Source of the DNA: Paragordius varius
Taxonomy: Eukaryota; Animalia; Nematomorpha
Assembly (NCBI GenBank): GCA_964247055.1
Contig: OZ176052.1
Coordinates: 930,001-994,000, forward strand
Direction: 5' to 3'
DNA: 64,000 nucleotides
Shown here: positions 1 through 14,063 of the stretch, piece after piece
How the letters are laid out: each line of letters opens with the position of its first letter
How positions within the stretch are numbered: the stretch's first letter is position 1
The notes under the pieces: model-generated
Seen by the model: the letters and a program-made list of their open reading frames with translations, nothing else
What the model was told of the DNA's origin: nothing
Database searches by the model: none
Position numbers and translations under genes: made by a program

Positions 1-1710
1 TAATTAAATCATCTATTTATACAAAGTATATTATTAATAATAAATTAGATATATAATCAATACGAAAATAATATGCGCAAGACACGCGAAAAAAGATACT
101 AACTAATTATTTATTTAAACAAACTAAGAAATAGGTTAATTTGAGTTTTAAGAAAAAGTTTTTTCCCAAAATGGTATTTGATATTTAAATTATATTTTCC
201 TTTTGTAAATGTAAAAAATTTAGAAAACTAATGTCACGTCTTTAGAATTAAAGGAGTACTTAAGTTTTCACCGCGTTTCAAAGATAATTTTAAAATTAAT
301 TAGGATTTTCAAGTCTAAAATGAAACTTTTCAAAACATTTGATGACTTTCAATAAATTTTTTTAAAGTTTTTGTTAATTTTATTGATAATTTATTTCTTA
401 AATTAATTTTAACGATATCAGAGACCATAAAATTAGCACATAAATTAAATTACATTAGATTATTATATAATTTAATATTCAGTGTGAAGTTTTTTAGAGT
501 TTACAACAACTCTTATAATTAACTATATATTATCAAATTGATTTAACATATTAATATGCTGAGAGTGTCTAATCAAATAAATAATTTAATTTAAATTCTT
601 TTGAGGTCTTAAAAATTAACAATGAAAACTAAAAAACTAATCTGTATATATATTAATTTTAAATAAAATCTTAAAAAAAACCAATCAAGACTATTGGAAT
701 TTCAAGTTAAAACGCTAATAAGTATAAAATTTCATTTTTTCAAAAAATTTATTTTTAAGGCTGTTACATTAAGATTTACAGTTATAACTGATGTAAAAAT
801 GGAAATATTGCTAGAAATATTTTTGCATGTGCTTAGATCCATAAAATTTAATAAAAGATTAAAATAAAATTTAGATTAGGTGATTTTTAGTTTACGACGT
901 ATATGCCTCCCACTTTATCCTTTATTCATGAATTTTAATATCAAAAATTTGAGGCCAAATTAATAAGTAGAATGATATAATAAATATTCTGATCTAATAA
1001 ATAATTTATATTATATATATATATATATATATAAAGATAAAATAATAAAAGTTTTTTACTTTTTATAATGCGTACTTCTTTTTAGATTTTTACGGATTCA
1101 ATCTTCTTGCCAGGATAAATAAAGTTTGGCTTAGCTTATAAATAATTTATAATATCAATAGTAAAATGTTTTTATCAATTCCAATTAAACTCTACATTTA
1201 TTAACCAAATTCAATATTTTTCAATTCAAGCTTAAAACTTATTTTAAATAACAAAAACTTATTTAAAAATATGTTTTAAGCATTTATGGTCAATATATAC
1301 ATTGGAGAATTTGATTTATTTACAATTAAAATATAATGACAAATATTTTATTCTAAAAGACAACCATACTTTTCAAATTTTGATTTTAAATATAACTCAT
1401 TGTTTTTCAATTGCAAAGTACATAATAGAGATGTATATTCGTAACACAATTAATTATGTATTTTACGATTGTAATCAAATGATATTCATAGGATAAATTA
1501 AGGTTTAAAAAAGTATAGTTGCCTTTTGAAAAAAAATATTTGTTTTTATTTACGTTTCGTCCGTATAAATTCAATCTCTTGGAGTAATTTTGAATTTTTA
1601 ATAAAAGTTTCAAAAAAAATAACGGATAAAAAATCAAATATTAGAGACTAAGGGATAACTATACATGTTTATTATAAATTAAAAGCAAAATTATTTTATA
1701 TTGCAATTAA

Positions 1711-2202
1711 CTTTTTGATTCAAACCCCCGACATTATTTAAGTTGATATTTTTAAAAAACTACTGAAAGAAACGGTCCTAATATAAATTTATGCTTCTGT
1801 CCTAATAAAGGCTAAATATCAAAATAAAATTTAGTGTTGGAAAAAAAGATATCAAACTAATTGGACGCCATTTTTATTTAGAACATTTTTGCAAAATATC
1901 ATGTTTATTTGATTTTAGCTTAAAATTAATTTACTTTTTTATAAAAACAATAAACAGAAGTGGTATATTTTGCATTATTTTTATATAAAAGCATCATCAT
2001 AAAATTTTTACCTTGGATTTCGGCTCTAAAAGTATTATCAAGTATTTTTAAATAATATATATTTCGATTCCTTAATATTATGTAAGTGCAAAATTTTACC
2101 ATGGTTTGGTAATTTTTTGTAATAATTAATTTTAAACAACCCCGGGTATCTAACTACCCCAATTTGAATCGAAGGCCAAAATGAATGTGTTGTATCCAAG
2201 TG
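1711..2202 (+). mobile_element. piggyBac-type MITE, degenerate copy
   Basis: Same internal sequence and right end (...aatgtgttgtatccaagtg) as the 27268 copy; left end partly deleted. Confidence 0.7.
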
Positions 2203-3722
2203 TCAAATTAAAAATAAATGAAAAAAAATGTTAAATTAACCTTTTTAATTTTTTATGAATAGATTTTGGGATAATTTCTAGCCCAGGAACTAATATATAT
2301 AATAAAAATTGAAATTATACGGACAAAAGGTAAAAATATAAAGACAAATATTTTTTCAAAAAGACAACTATATTTTTTTAGCCTTAATTTTTCTTATATA
2401 AATTATCTAATTACAATTTAAATAAAATATTTAATTAATTGTGTCACCAATATAGATATCTATTCTCTAATATGCAATTTGAAACAATGAGTTATATTTG
2501 AAAAAAAAATGAAACTTAAAAAAGTATTGTCTTTTACAAAAAAATATTTGTCTTTATATTTTTATTTTTTGTCCGTATAATTTCGTTTTTATGTATACAC
2601 ATTACTAATTGACTAAAATATGATTATCCACAAAGTTTATTGAATTTAAAGAAGTTTAATTTTTTTCACAGTCGATTATTAGCATTGAAAACAGCCAAAA
2701 TTTGCTGTCTTATATAATATAAATGGCATATTAATTTCGATTAATTTAATTTTTAACCATATTTCTAGTTGTTAACAAAAAGTCCAAAAGGCGCCTAAAA
2801 GTTTGAGAGGATTATTTTGCATTACAATTTTTTAAATTATTTTTTGGATAATGCGATTGACCAAAGATTTTATATTTTTAAAATAATTGCGCCGGGGTCG
2901 AAACTACGTTAACTGTAATGAAATTTAAACTATGGTAAAATTTTATATATTTTATATTCATATAAACACAGATTTTTTTTCACCAAAATTGTATGATAAT
3001 TTAAACATTATTAATCTAAAACATTGTAGATAAATTAGTCGTTATGACAATTAATATGTTTGAAAACACGCAATAACAATATTGATTGATTCCCTAATCC
3101 TAAAATCCATCTATAAAAGTCTAATAAATTACAGATAATGTCGTAATTTATAAAAAGAAAAGAAAAAAAGTAAAAAACTTAATTTTCCAAAAAAATATAA
3201 AAAGCATATAAAATACATCTTATGATAATGAATTATCAATAAATCATCATAAATTACCATTCTGCACGTAAGAAAATTAAGTAACAATGTATGTTTACTT
3301 ATTATATCTTTCAGTTCCTGAATGAAGACAACTAAAAAAATTATGTGGGAAGTAGGGAAATACAACTATAAATCTTTTCAAGGCCATACAATGCAATTAT
3401 TCCGTTTATAATATAATAATAATAGCTGTTGCCACACCTAATATAATTATTGAGTTGGAGATGATTTATTAAAATAAATAAAATTGGATTGGACAGATAG
3501 CCTTTTAGACTTGATGAACATTATTGCAATATTGTATTGCATATTTATTGGATCATATGTAAGGTAAGGGTTTAAAATCAAAACAGAATAGTATATCTTA
3601 GATTGTGCTGAAACCTTAAATAAAGGGGTTGGTCAAATAGTTCCTTTCATTTTTTATGGATAGATAACATATAGTATTACTTCTTTGAGAAAAACTAATC
3701 TCAAAAACTGATGTGACATATA

Positions 3723-3955
3723 CTGTAAAAATTGGAATTATATGGACAAAATGTGAAAATATAAGGACAAATATTTTAATCTAACAGACGATTTTTATAA
3801 ATATCTCACTGTTTTAAATTGCAAAGTACATAATAGAGATGTATACTGGTAACACAATCAATATGTATATAGGATAAATTAAGGTTTAAAAAAGTATGGT
3901 TGCCTTTTGAATAAAAATCTTTTTCATTTTGTTCGTATGATTTCAATTTTTACTG
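3723..3955. mobile_element. MITE family A copy (further degenerate copies at about 1311-1575, 2301-2590 and 22663-22910)
   Basis: Family TIR and core sequence recognisable in all of these. Confidence 0.75.
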
Positions 3956-4152
3956 TATGTAACCTAAAATATATATTAAGTAAATCAAATAAAATTGTAT
4001 ACAATATTAGAAATCATGTCAACAAAGTGGTAAACTTAATGTTTTGGAAAAAGTTTGAATTGCAAACTTACGGTTGGGAAACTGTTTTTTCTAAAAGCAC
4101 TTTTAGAGGGTTCAGCTAAAATTAAACTTGTTAAAATTTTATAACAGAACTG

Positions 4153-6502
4153 CTAAAATTTAACCAGTGGGACGTTAGATTTATTTACACACCTTATGTA
4201 ATTTAGGATTAATTTTACAAATTTAGATATTATTTCGATTCTCCTAGTAGGCATGTACACATAATGAAAAATATAGCCAAAACACCAAATATCAGCTGTT
4301 TCATCTATGTAATGGCGTTTGACTCCTAATTTATTCATTGTTCGGAGAGCGTCAGCTTTAATTTCTAAAATTTAATCTTTTAAAATATGAAAATTCCATG
4401 TTAAATATATGTTACATTATTTTTACTATCCATCCTTCATCTCTCAAATTAGCCGGCTAGGTGGTCAAAGGGCTCAAAATTTTCTGTTACCCATATGAAA
4501 CAATATCTCATTGACCCCTTGAATAAACCCTTAGCCGTATTCCCTTTTCAGATTCAATTCCAAATCCATTGACAAAACCCCTTCCTTGCTTGATTCTTTT
4601 GATACAATTATGACGACCTTAAGGTATTATAAATACATTAGGTGATAACCTATATCTCTGTTAGCGCCTTAATTTTTTTCAAAAACGCTTACGAGATTAG
4701 GAAACCCCACACAGTCTGTTCTTCAGTTTTAAGCATTTACCTGTTAAGTCATTTAGTTTAAGATAAAACGTCAAAATATCCTGTAAAGTTTTATGTTCAG
4801 TTCATCAATGGAGCGTTTTTGAATACTATATCTCGAACAATAACGCACGACGTAATTCCAAATGCTGTTTTAATTTAACGCATTGTATTTGCAGTATTGT
4901 TATTGTTATCGAGATAGACTTCAATGCCTTTTGAAAAAACCTATATAACTTTAACAATCGTTATCATTTTAATTAACTTTATATCATAAATTAGGCGATC
5001 CAAGGGTATATTTTGAAAATTAACCCTTACTCATTTCGTACATTGCACAATAACCACTCGCCTTCCTTAGGCATTTATATTAAAGCCAATCCCACACAAA
5101 AGAAATAAATGAATTGATTATTTTAATGGGCCACCTGGTTTCCGAACAACATTTGGAATGACTGAGTATTTCATGCTTTATACAATCATCCACCATTTAA
5201 CTCAATTTACAATCATGTATCCATTATTTTATCAAAATATTATTTATTTTTTTCAAATAGGTATAAATATTTAGTAAAGAATGGAAAAAAACAAGAGCTA
5301 TTGGTAGTTTTTATATTTTTTTGATGAATATGATATTGATAATACAATAGAGCTTTTGTTTTTTCCATTCTTTAACAAATATTTATACCGATTTAACGAA
5401 AGACAATAAATTTTTGATAAAATTTATATTAGAATGTACCTCTCAACGGGTGTAAAAACATTTTGACACGTTTGAAATTCCTTGAAAAGGAATCGGGTTT
5501 CCCTTTCGTAATTACAAATCTCCGTCACTTTCTGTTTTTTGTTCAAATTATAAAATGAATTTCGGCTCCGAATATCTGCTAGAGTTTTTTTTCTACTTCC
5601 TTTGAATGCAATGCCGTTCTAATTTTTTTTAGAATTATATCTCCATCGTAATACTTATCATTTTTGATTAAGTTAATGTACTTACTGGAAAGCCCACATC
5701 CCCAATTCATGTATACTAAACTTCCTCAAACCAGAATTTTTGCTTTGGGATCTGGTGATCTACAAGCAATCAAAATATTTAGGCCACACATCCTTCGATT
5801 CCCTGGCAAAAAAACATTCTCATGGGGTTAGTGGGTGGGACTCGCAAAAGAGGCCGCTCTAAAAAGCGGTTTCTCAATATTATCAAGTCAAGGTAAATCA
5901 TATAAAAACAGCTAATGTTTTTAAAAAAAGCGCCCGATAGCACCCTTACATTTAAACCAAGCTCGCAACAGAATGTGAATTGATATTCCTGATACTTTTA
6001 GTTTATAGACTTAAAAGCAAACATAACCTTTACATAGGAGGCGTTAGCATTTTTTACCACACTCCATAATCAATGAGTTATTAAAAATATTTTTGTCCCC
6101 TATATTTAACATCTTAAATACCGCTTGCTATAAACTCAAATACACATCCACAATATAATGCTTATTTATCGATTTTGACATTAAGCACCCTGTTTCTGGC
6201 AACGCTAAGTTACCATGATAGTTTTATTCACAGACTAAAACTGAATAATAACGCGCTTAAGTTTCGCAAAAATCAAATTCTAAATTTTTCTTCTTACAAT
6301 AAATGTTGCTCTCGTAACTCTTGTTAAATAAAACACACATTTCATATTGTTTTTACGCCCAATAGACTTTGGAAATAAATATATTTGAGGACGGTAATCT
6401 GCTTTTGTGCATCGTTAGGTCAACGGTCTTGATTACATAAATATTAGTAGAATCGCTGTAAAAAGTTTTCGACACGGCGCGACCTTTTTTATGAAATATC
6501 TC
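4153..6502 (-). pseudogene. Possible decayed, divergent protein-kinase-like coding remnant
   Basis: One frame from 6502 to about 5950 has relatively few stops and shows YVIKTVDL and YSVLVCE*NYHGNL. A downstream segment (4364-4153) has ADIWCFGYIFHY. No HRD or DFG recognised. Confidence 0.25.
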
Positions 6503-8265
6503 CTAATAAAATTTCTTTGATTATAATTAATAATTAATCTTCTAATAAAAAATAATATAGATCAATCGCGTTCTTATTAATTTATTTACCTGTCAAATTT
6601 GTTTAAAACCTATTTTAGATGTTATTTACTGCTGGGGTGTCCAATGCAAATATCTGCGAGACTGATAATTTTTGGTTATTTTTAATTTAGTTTCTAGCCT
6701 AATTTCAGATGATAAATCTTCTAATAATCGCATAAATTTTTGATTAAAATTCAATTTTTATTTTTTTAACATTCTTTAAAGAACTAGAGTGTGATCCCTG
6801 TCATAATAGAGTGTAGAACCGATTTAACAAATATTTACCGTTCTTTTTCTGAAACAATTATCATCATAAAATAACTTTGGGTATCCACCCTGGTCATAAA
6901 AGCTTGTTTTTAATAAATCGCTTAAACTTCTTATTTTAATTTATGCATTTAAAAATTCTATAAAAATTTGTTTTAAATGTTGTATTTAAAGCGTAATCTT
7001 TCAAGTGTTTGAATGAAAGTGTGTATGATATTTAACAGGAGTATTTTTATCATACCGTTTTTTAAACATATTGAAAAAAAGGGTTGAACAATTCTATAAA
7101 AAATAAATGAAATTGCCAATAATTTTACCTGACTATTTTCAATTAACATACTGAAATTTGAATGGCAATAATTCCATTTTTTGATATGCCATTTACGATT
7201 CATCACCCTTTGATTTTTCAAATTACTCTCGAACAATTCAAATTCCCCCTAAAAATAAATTATGTGTTTTCAGGCTAATATAACTCATCATTAATAAGAA
7301 ATATATTCTTATGGCATAGTTTATAATTTTTTCAGTATTATATTAATTTTTAACGATATTTCCTTTTTTAAAAATATAGAAAAATATAGGTAATTTTTAA
7401 TCTTAAAAAACACATAATTTATTTTAGGGTGAATTTGAATTGTTCGAGGGTATATTTAAATTAGGGTGAATTTGAATTGTTTAAGGGTGATTAGAACTCT
7501 AAGTTTTTGATATGTTAACATTTTAGTATCATTGGGGTATTTTATATCTTAGGGCGTAATTTAATTTTCTTAAAAAGTATTTGAATCGAACTAAATTTCA
7601 AAAAATATTTGATTCTTTTTGAAAACATTTATTGCATCCACATCTCCAACTTTTTCACTACCATTTTTTTATTAATTTTTTTAATCGCTAATACAACAGG
7701 CAAATAAACGTATACTATGGTTTAATAAATGTAAATAAGAAACTTTGAAAAGCTTTTAATTTAGGTTGTTGTAATTCACCAGCAAATACTCAATAAATAT
7801 AGAATTTTTAAGTTTAATTCAATCTGAGCTATCCCATATTGAAGCTCTAAAAACTAAAAAATTTTAAAAAATATATCCTTTATTTAAAACACAGGAGAAA
7901 CATGATTGATAATATTGAAATTTTAACCAAAACAACTTTTGAAAACTCTGTTTTCAATATTGTGGTCTGGGTTTTAAAACTACCTTAAAATGTTATCGAC
8001 TACATATAAGGTATTGAAGTGTTAAAACTGATTAAGTTACTAATAATTTTTCGACACGATAATAATCAGAACCCTTATCAAACTATATATTAAGGCTTCC
8101 TGATAAACACTGATCGATATAAAACTACACAAGTTATTTTAACTAAACGAGTATAATTTGGTTATTTTTTATTTAAATCTCACTTTATAAAATAAAAACA
8201 TTTATTTAATAAATATAAACGGAAAATATGGTAATGAGATCATTATTATTTTCGGACGGTTTTCT

Positions 8266-9225
8266 TCAACAATCAGTTTCAACAAGTTTGTGGCGAATCG
8301 CCAATTCATCACGTGAAGCGTTGTCATGGTAACGCAAAGCAGACGATTCAAGTTCTGATGGAATTTGCTTCAGTTCATTAGTGATTTGTTTTTGAGTTTT
8401 ACGAATTTTTTTATACAGTAGAAATAGTTCTATGCTATCAACGATAATGTATAAAAGATTTTTTATCACATAAGTCGAAACATTGTGATCAATGGTTTGC
8501 CATAAGAAAACTCGAATTACCAAATAAGGTACATTTAAAAGGGCTATATTACAAAATTTATGGATGAGTAATATTGCGATTTCCAACTTTGGAATATTTT
8601 CAAAAGGGACCTTAGATTTCCGTAATATAACATTTAGATAAAGTAAACTAAAATATGGGAAAACAAAATTCATACAGCCCAAAATAATTAGTGCGTTTTC
8701 CGTCCCAAAGGGCCGAATGAGTCGAGTTTCCTGCGTAAATAAAATTTCGAGAATATCAATACTGTCAAAAATGTTAAAGGGTATGGATTGGATAATAGCT
8801 TTTGTTTTTGCATTACATTCTTTATTTTTGCTGTTAAGATTTCGCAAACAAAGCAAAATAAATACTAATGAGGACAGGCCAATGGACAACTTTAAGAAAG
8901 TTGTTCCAAAAGTATGAGAAGTGTCGAGAAACGATGACATAGTTTTAAATATAAAACTAACTTTTATGATTAGGCACATGGAATATATGAGCCAAAAATC
9001 GTTATCCCAATACGATAAAATAAACCATCGTTTCCATTTTAAGGAATATCGCTTTTTTATTGTGATAGCTAGGGCGATTAAAATAAGCATCAAAGGATCC
9101 AATAACACATAGTAAATAAATGAGGAATTGGCATATTTATAAATGTAAACATTGAGAAATCCGCCCTGTATTAAAGCAACTAATAAAGCTCCAAAAACAG
9201 CAATCGTCTTCTTATAACTTAACAT
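8266..9225 (-). CDS. TMEM121: TMEM121/CECR6-family multi-pass membrane protein, single coding exon, 319 aa
   Basis: Intact ATG-to-stop ORF with several hydrophobic segments. Segments WLIYSMCLIIKVSFIF, FDSIDIL, NVPYLVIR and YVIKNLL line up in order with remembered TMEM121 segments (WFLYIFVLEIKLYFIF, LDLLDLLD, FVGKNVV). Family call from recall. Confidence 0.7.
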   Translation of the reverse strand: MLSYKKTIAVFGALLVALIQGGFLNVYIYKYANSSFIYYVLLDPLMLILIALAITIKKRYSLKWKRWFILSYWDNDFWLIYSMCLIIKVSFIFKTMSSFLDTSHTFGTTFLKLSIGLSSLVFILLCLRNLNSKNKECNAKTKAIIQSIPFNIFDSIDILEILFTQETRLIRPFGTENALIILGCMNFVFPYFSLLYLNVILRKSKVPFENIPKLEIAILLIHKFCNIALLNVPYLVIRVFLWQTIDHNVSTYVIKNLLYIIVDSIELFLLYKKIRKTQKQITNELKQIPSELESSALRYHDNASRDELAIRHKLVETDC

Positions 9226-10097
9226 TCAAATTTAAAAAACGCGCTCGTTAATTCATATGTTTTATCAAACGATCGGGTTGGTCATTAAAAATCAAAATTT
9301 TTAAATTTAGCATAAATATAATATATTTTTATATTGAGATACAGGTCTACAACATATTTAACCTTAAAAATTTGTCAACAATAAATATATAAATTTTTTT
9401 CATAATCCTTTATTACCTTCGTAAATTTTTGTTGACGCGTTATTTTGTGGCAATTATGACGCAGAGCTTAAACCATATATTGCTGTTAAAGTTGTTTTGG
9501 TTAAATATTAATAAGACCATTGATGTGGATAAAAATGCTTATTCCTTGTATAGTTACAAATTAGAATAGTTACAAAATACACGTTAACAGTTGTTGATTT
9601 AAGCAAAATATATCAATTTTAATTTGAAAATTTTCCAAAGTTTTTTACATTTTTTAACCATAAAATATAATTGTTAGACTTTTTATAGCGAAATGAAACC
9701 AACGAAAGGGTGCGAAAAAGCGATGAGTTACAATTAATCATTTGAAATAAAATTGAATCATATGCCTAAAAAGCTAAAAATATTTACCTTTGAATTTCGC
9801 AATTCCTTGATATTAATTTTTAACCGCTTTGAGATTTAAAACTATCCTAAGGGATAATTATAAATCTTATGTAAAATTTTAGTGCGTAAATGTGACCAAA
9901 ATTGCCAAGTCAAATTTAAAAAATTTATAACATTTAATTTTGTAGATTTTTTTATTAAAACGATAAAAATAATTTACTTAATAAATTTTAAATATAAGTG
10001 TTAGTCTTTTTGATAATAATATCATATTGTGATATCAGATTATGCTATTTTAGTGCCTCGCAAAGCATTATATTTGGCCTAAGTTTTTATCAACAGT

Positions 10098-13000
10098 ATG
10101 ACACCACATTTGCGACCAATTCTTCGGGCAAAACAACTCAAACAATTAAAGGAACACAAATATGCCGCATCAGGAGTCTCTTTGTGCGAAAATGTCATGC
10201 AAATTCTTTGGAACAAGCAAATTAATTATATTCCACTTTGGATGGCTCCCAATCTTTTAACTCTGATTGGTTTGGCAGCAAACGCTTTTACAAGCCTCAT
10301 ACTTACCATATATAGTCCAGATGCCAGACGAGAAGTCCCATCATGGGCCTGTATCTTGGCGACGTTTGGACTTTTCGTTTATCAATCCCTCGATGCATTA
10401 GATGGGAAACAAGCTCGCCGTACCCAAAGTAGTTCACCTTTGGGAGAATTATTTGATCACGGGTGTGATTCTGTTTCCGCCGTATTTGCTATTCTTTCCG
10501 TTGCCACGGTTACTAAAATGGGTAAAAATTTAATTGTTTTTCCATTTTTTGCGGGGTTTTATTTAAATGATTTTGTTTGGACCTTATTAGTAATTTAGCT
10601 AATCAATTAACAAACGATTAGAATTAAGTTTTGTGAGCTCCCTATATTTATTTATTGGGTTTAATACATTACTATTTTTACCGTAACTGCGTGAATTTTA
10701 ACATGCTTTCCCCATCCCATTACACTTTTTAGCTTTTAAATCTCCTTTTCTTTCATATTCTATCATAATTCACCAACGCAACGCTCTACTGATACATATA
10801 TAGTTAAAAATATCGCAAATCTTTATCAAACTGATTTGATCGTCTTTTAATTTTTGAGTTTTTAATTTAATACAATATATATATATATATATATATATAT
10901 TTACAGTTCAAATTCACCCTTGAACAATTCAAATTCCTTTAACAATCCAAATTCACCCTAAAAATAATTATGTGTTTTTCGAACTAATAAAACTCATTAT
11001 TAATATGTAATATATATTTATGGTTTTTTCAGTATTATTATATTTTTTAAAAATAAATATAAAAAATATAGGTATTTTTTAAATAACATATATTTTATTT
11101 GAGGGTGAATTTGAATTATTTGAATTGTTCAAAGGTGAATTTGAATTGTAAATGGTATATATGTATATAATATGTTTTTTTTATATACAATGTTTATTCA
11201 CGTCGTCATTAGGTGAAAATCCATTCCACATGTTATTAGTTTCATTGCTATGCCTATTCGTGTTTTACATGGCACATTGGCAAACTTATGTTTCAGGGAG
11301 ATTGCGTTTCACCACCCTAAATGTAACTGAAGCCCAATTTGGTGTTATGTTTGTTTTGTTGGTCTCAGGCCTTTTTGGAACTCAAATGTGGTCTCAACAC
11401 ACATGGGCTAAAAACGGTATAATAGCCGTTACTTGGCTCGGTTCCTTACACATTTCAATTTCATATGTTAAAATTGTGTTTACGGGTGGTGCCGGGAAAA
11501 ATAAATCAACCATAGCTGATACGAGCGTTTTATCACCTGGGATTCCGTTTGCCTTGGCTTGTTTCGCCGCAATCTCAATCTTTAACAAGGGTAAGTTTTT
11601 TTTTAAAACAGTTGTAAGTTTGTGGAAATTGTTTTGGGAAGTTTTTTTTCCTGTAAAAATGGCGTTTTTTAGTTCAGAAATGGTAATTGTAAGGTTTTTA
11701 TTATATGGATATTTATTTAATTGGTTTTAAGCCGTTTATTTGGCCCGATTTACAGTAAAAATTGAAATTATCCGGACAAAACGTAAAAATATAAAGACAA
11801 ATATCTTTTTTCCAAAAGACAACCATACTTTTTTAACCCTTAACCACATAATTATTTGATTACATTATTAAATGGTATAAATGAGTGTATTGACAGTTTA
11901 CATACCTAATCCCTATTTTACAACGCAAAACAATAAATAATATTTGAACAAATAGAATTTGAAAAAGTGGGGTAGTTTCTAAGAAAAAATTTTTTTTTAT
12001 TTTTACGTTTTGTCCGTATATTTCCAATTTTTACTGTAAATCAGGGGTGTCCAACATGCGCCCTTTAAAGTACTGATAAAATATTTATGTTCATGCCTCT
12101 AGATTTTTTGATATAGAAAAAAGCGTCCCGTAAAGTCATTTGTGTTGGTAGGTAGACCCCTTGTTTTAAATAATGTTTCACTAGAGTGAGTTTAAAATCT
12201 TTTTTTGTGGGTTAAAAACGGTTTTTTTATCACCCAGTAACTTTTTTTTTGCGCTGACCTGTTTTGCCGTAATCTCAATCTTAAAAAGGATAAAATAATT
12301 ATAAGGAATTAAAAGTGTAAAAATAGCGGTTTTTTGGTTAAAAAAGTCATAAAAAATGGTAGGAAATGTAAGATTTTCTTATTATTTTATTGGAAAGGAA
12401 TGGTAAAATAATTTTGGAAATATGATTTAAATAAAATTCTAATTGTACCTTTTATATTTAATAAATTTCTTTATTTACTGGGAATTTATTTTAACGTTTA
12501 TATGTTGAACCAGGTTGTTTTGCAAAGAATGATTGATCTAATTAAAAATAAATTAATATATACCATTTACATTTCAAATTCACCCTTGAACAATTAAAAT
12601 TTACTCTAAAAATAAATGATGTGTTTTCGGGGTTATATAACTCATCATTAATAACAAATATTTTTTTTCGGCATAGTGTATTATTTTTTCAATATTATTA
12701 TTATTAATTTGAAATTTTCCTTTGCTTAAAAATTTAAAAAAATATAGGTAATTTTTAATTTTAAAAAACACATAATTTATTTGAGGGTGAATTTGAATTG
12801 TTGTTCAAGGGTGAATAATTTGAATTTACTAAGGGTAAATTTGAATTGTTCAAGAGTGAATTTGAATTATGGGTGAATATAAATTGTTTAAGGGTAAATT
12901 TGAATTTTTTAAGGGTGAATTTGAATTGTTCAAGGCTGAAATTGAATTGTTCGAGGGTGAAATCGAATTGTAAATGGTATATATTATGGTGTATGATTTT

Positions 13001-14063
13001 TCCATGTTTTTAGGCGTACGTACATCCAATGTGTTCAATACTTACATTTGCCTTTATGTTGCCTTGTTTGGAGCTATCATTTCAAAACTAACCATTCTGT
13101 TGGTGGTGGCGCATATGACACGAAGTGAATTAGCTATGACTGATTCTATCTTCTTGGGTCCAGCTCTATTAGCCCTAAATCAATATTATGATAGGTAACT
13201 TTTAGTATAGATGATTTACACTTTTTAGTTAGGGGGGATTTAAAAAGGTTTTAAGAAGAGTGGTTGGTTAGATTATATTGTATAAATTTAAAGTTTAGAG
13301 TGTTTAAACCTAAACTAAACTAAGTAAGGGGTTTATAATTTTAATAAGGGAGATTCATTAAAAGAGTTGGCACTTTTTGATGATTATCTTAGATCTAGAC
13401 CTATAATATGACAGGTTACTTATGATTTTAAAATTTTTTTAATTTGACTGAGAGTAAATTATGTATTTCAACGGTTCAATTTTTTTACATATTTATATAT
13501 TGAAAAAAAATTTAAATAAATTTTTTTTATTGTTAAGTTAGCTTTAATTTATCACGCTATATATTTATTTAGTTTTATAAATATTTTTATTTGTTAAAAA
13601 CGCACTTTTATAAATTAATTTGAATTCTTAGAGCTATTTTTAAAGCTGTTTTTAGCCAAAAAATCAATTGTTTTTCAAATAATTTACGCCGATGTTTTCA
13701 TTGAAATACTAAAATAAAGTATCTAATAATTATCAATTTTTACTCTATAGATTTATCCCTGAAACTCTCATGTTATGGATAGCTTTTGCTTATGTTCTAT
13801 TTGATCTCCTATTGTACGTTACTAAGCTTTGTCGAGAAATTGCGTTTGCCCTTAAAATATCCATATTTACGATACCTTACAATAATAATAACCAAAAAGC
13901 AATGATCACAAATGCTACAAATACTAATCCAAAAATAAATTCTATTGAAACTTACAACAATATTTCCAAGAACAATGGCACATCTAAAACAAATTATTTC
14001 GCAGATTTTCAAAATAGCACAAATAACAACAATAATAATGGCAGTAGCCTTAAAATTAGATGA
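10098..14063 (+). CDS. CEPT1: Choline/ethanolamine phosphotransferase (CEPT1/CHPT1), 4 exons: 10098-10521, 11213-11590, 13014-13194, 13751-14063; 431 aa
   Basis: CDP-alcohol phosphotransferase motif [26 protein letters not shown]; N-terminal HKY..SG.SL..WMAPN; C-terminal [16 protein letters not shown]. All three introns are GT-AG with consistent phases (1,1,2) and total 1296 nt in frame. Confidence 0.95.
10901..11155. mobile_element. MITE family B copy in CEPT1 intron 1 (other copies at about 7229-7492 and 34979-35115)
   Basis: Same GAACAATTCAAATTCACCC repeats and internal AT-rich core. Confidence 0.75.
11753..12036. mobile_element. Tc1/mariner-type MITE family A (TA TSD, ~80-bp TIR CAGTAAAAATTGAAATTAT.CGGACAAAA), in CEPT1 intron 2
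   Basis: TA-CAGT...ACTG-TA ends with long imperfect TIRs. Confidence 0.85.
12563..12977. mobile_element. MITE family B (TA-CCATTTAC...GTAAATGG-TA) with tandem ~21-bp subterminal repeats AAGGGTGAATTTGAATTGTTC, in CEPT1 intron 2
   Basis: Terminal inverted repeat flanked by TA; about 9 tandem units in the right arm (12783-12970). Confidence 0.8.

Noticed and set aside
12783-12970. Regular ~21-bp direct repeats, superficially CRISPR-like
   Set aside because: No unique spacers, eukaryotic context, and they are the subterminal repeats of MITE family B.
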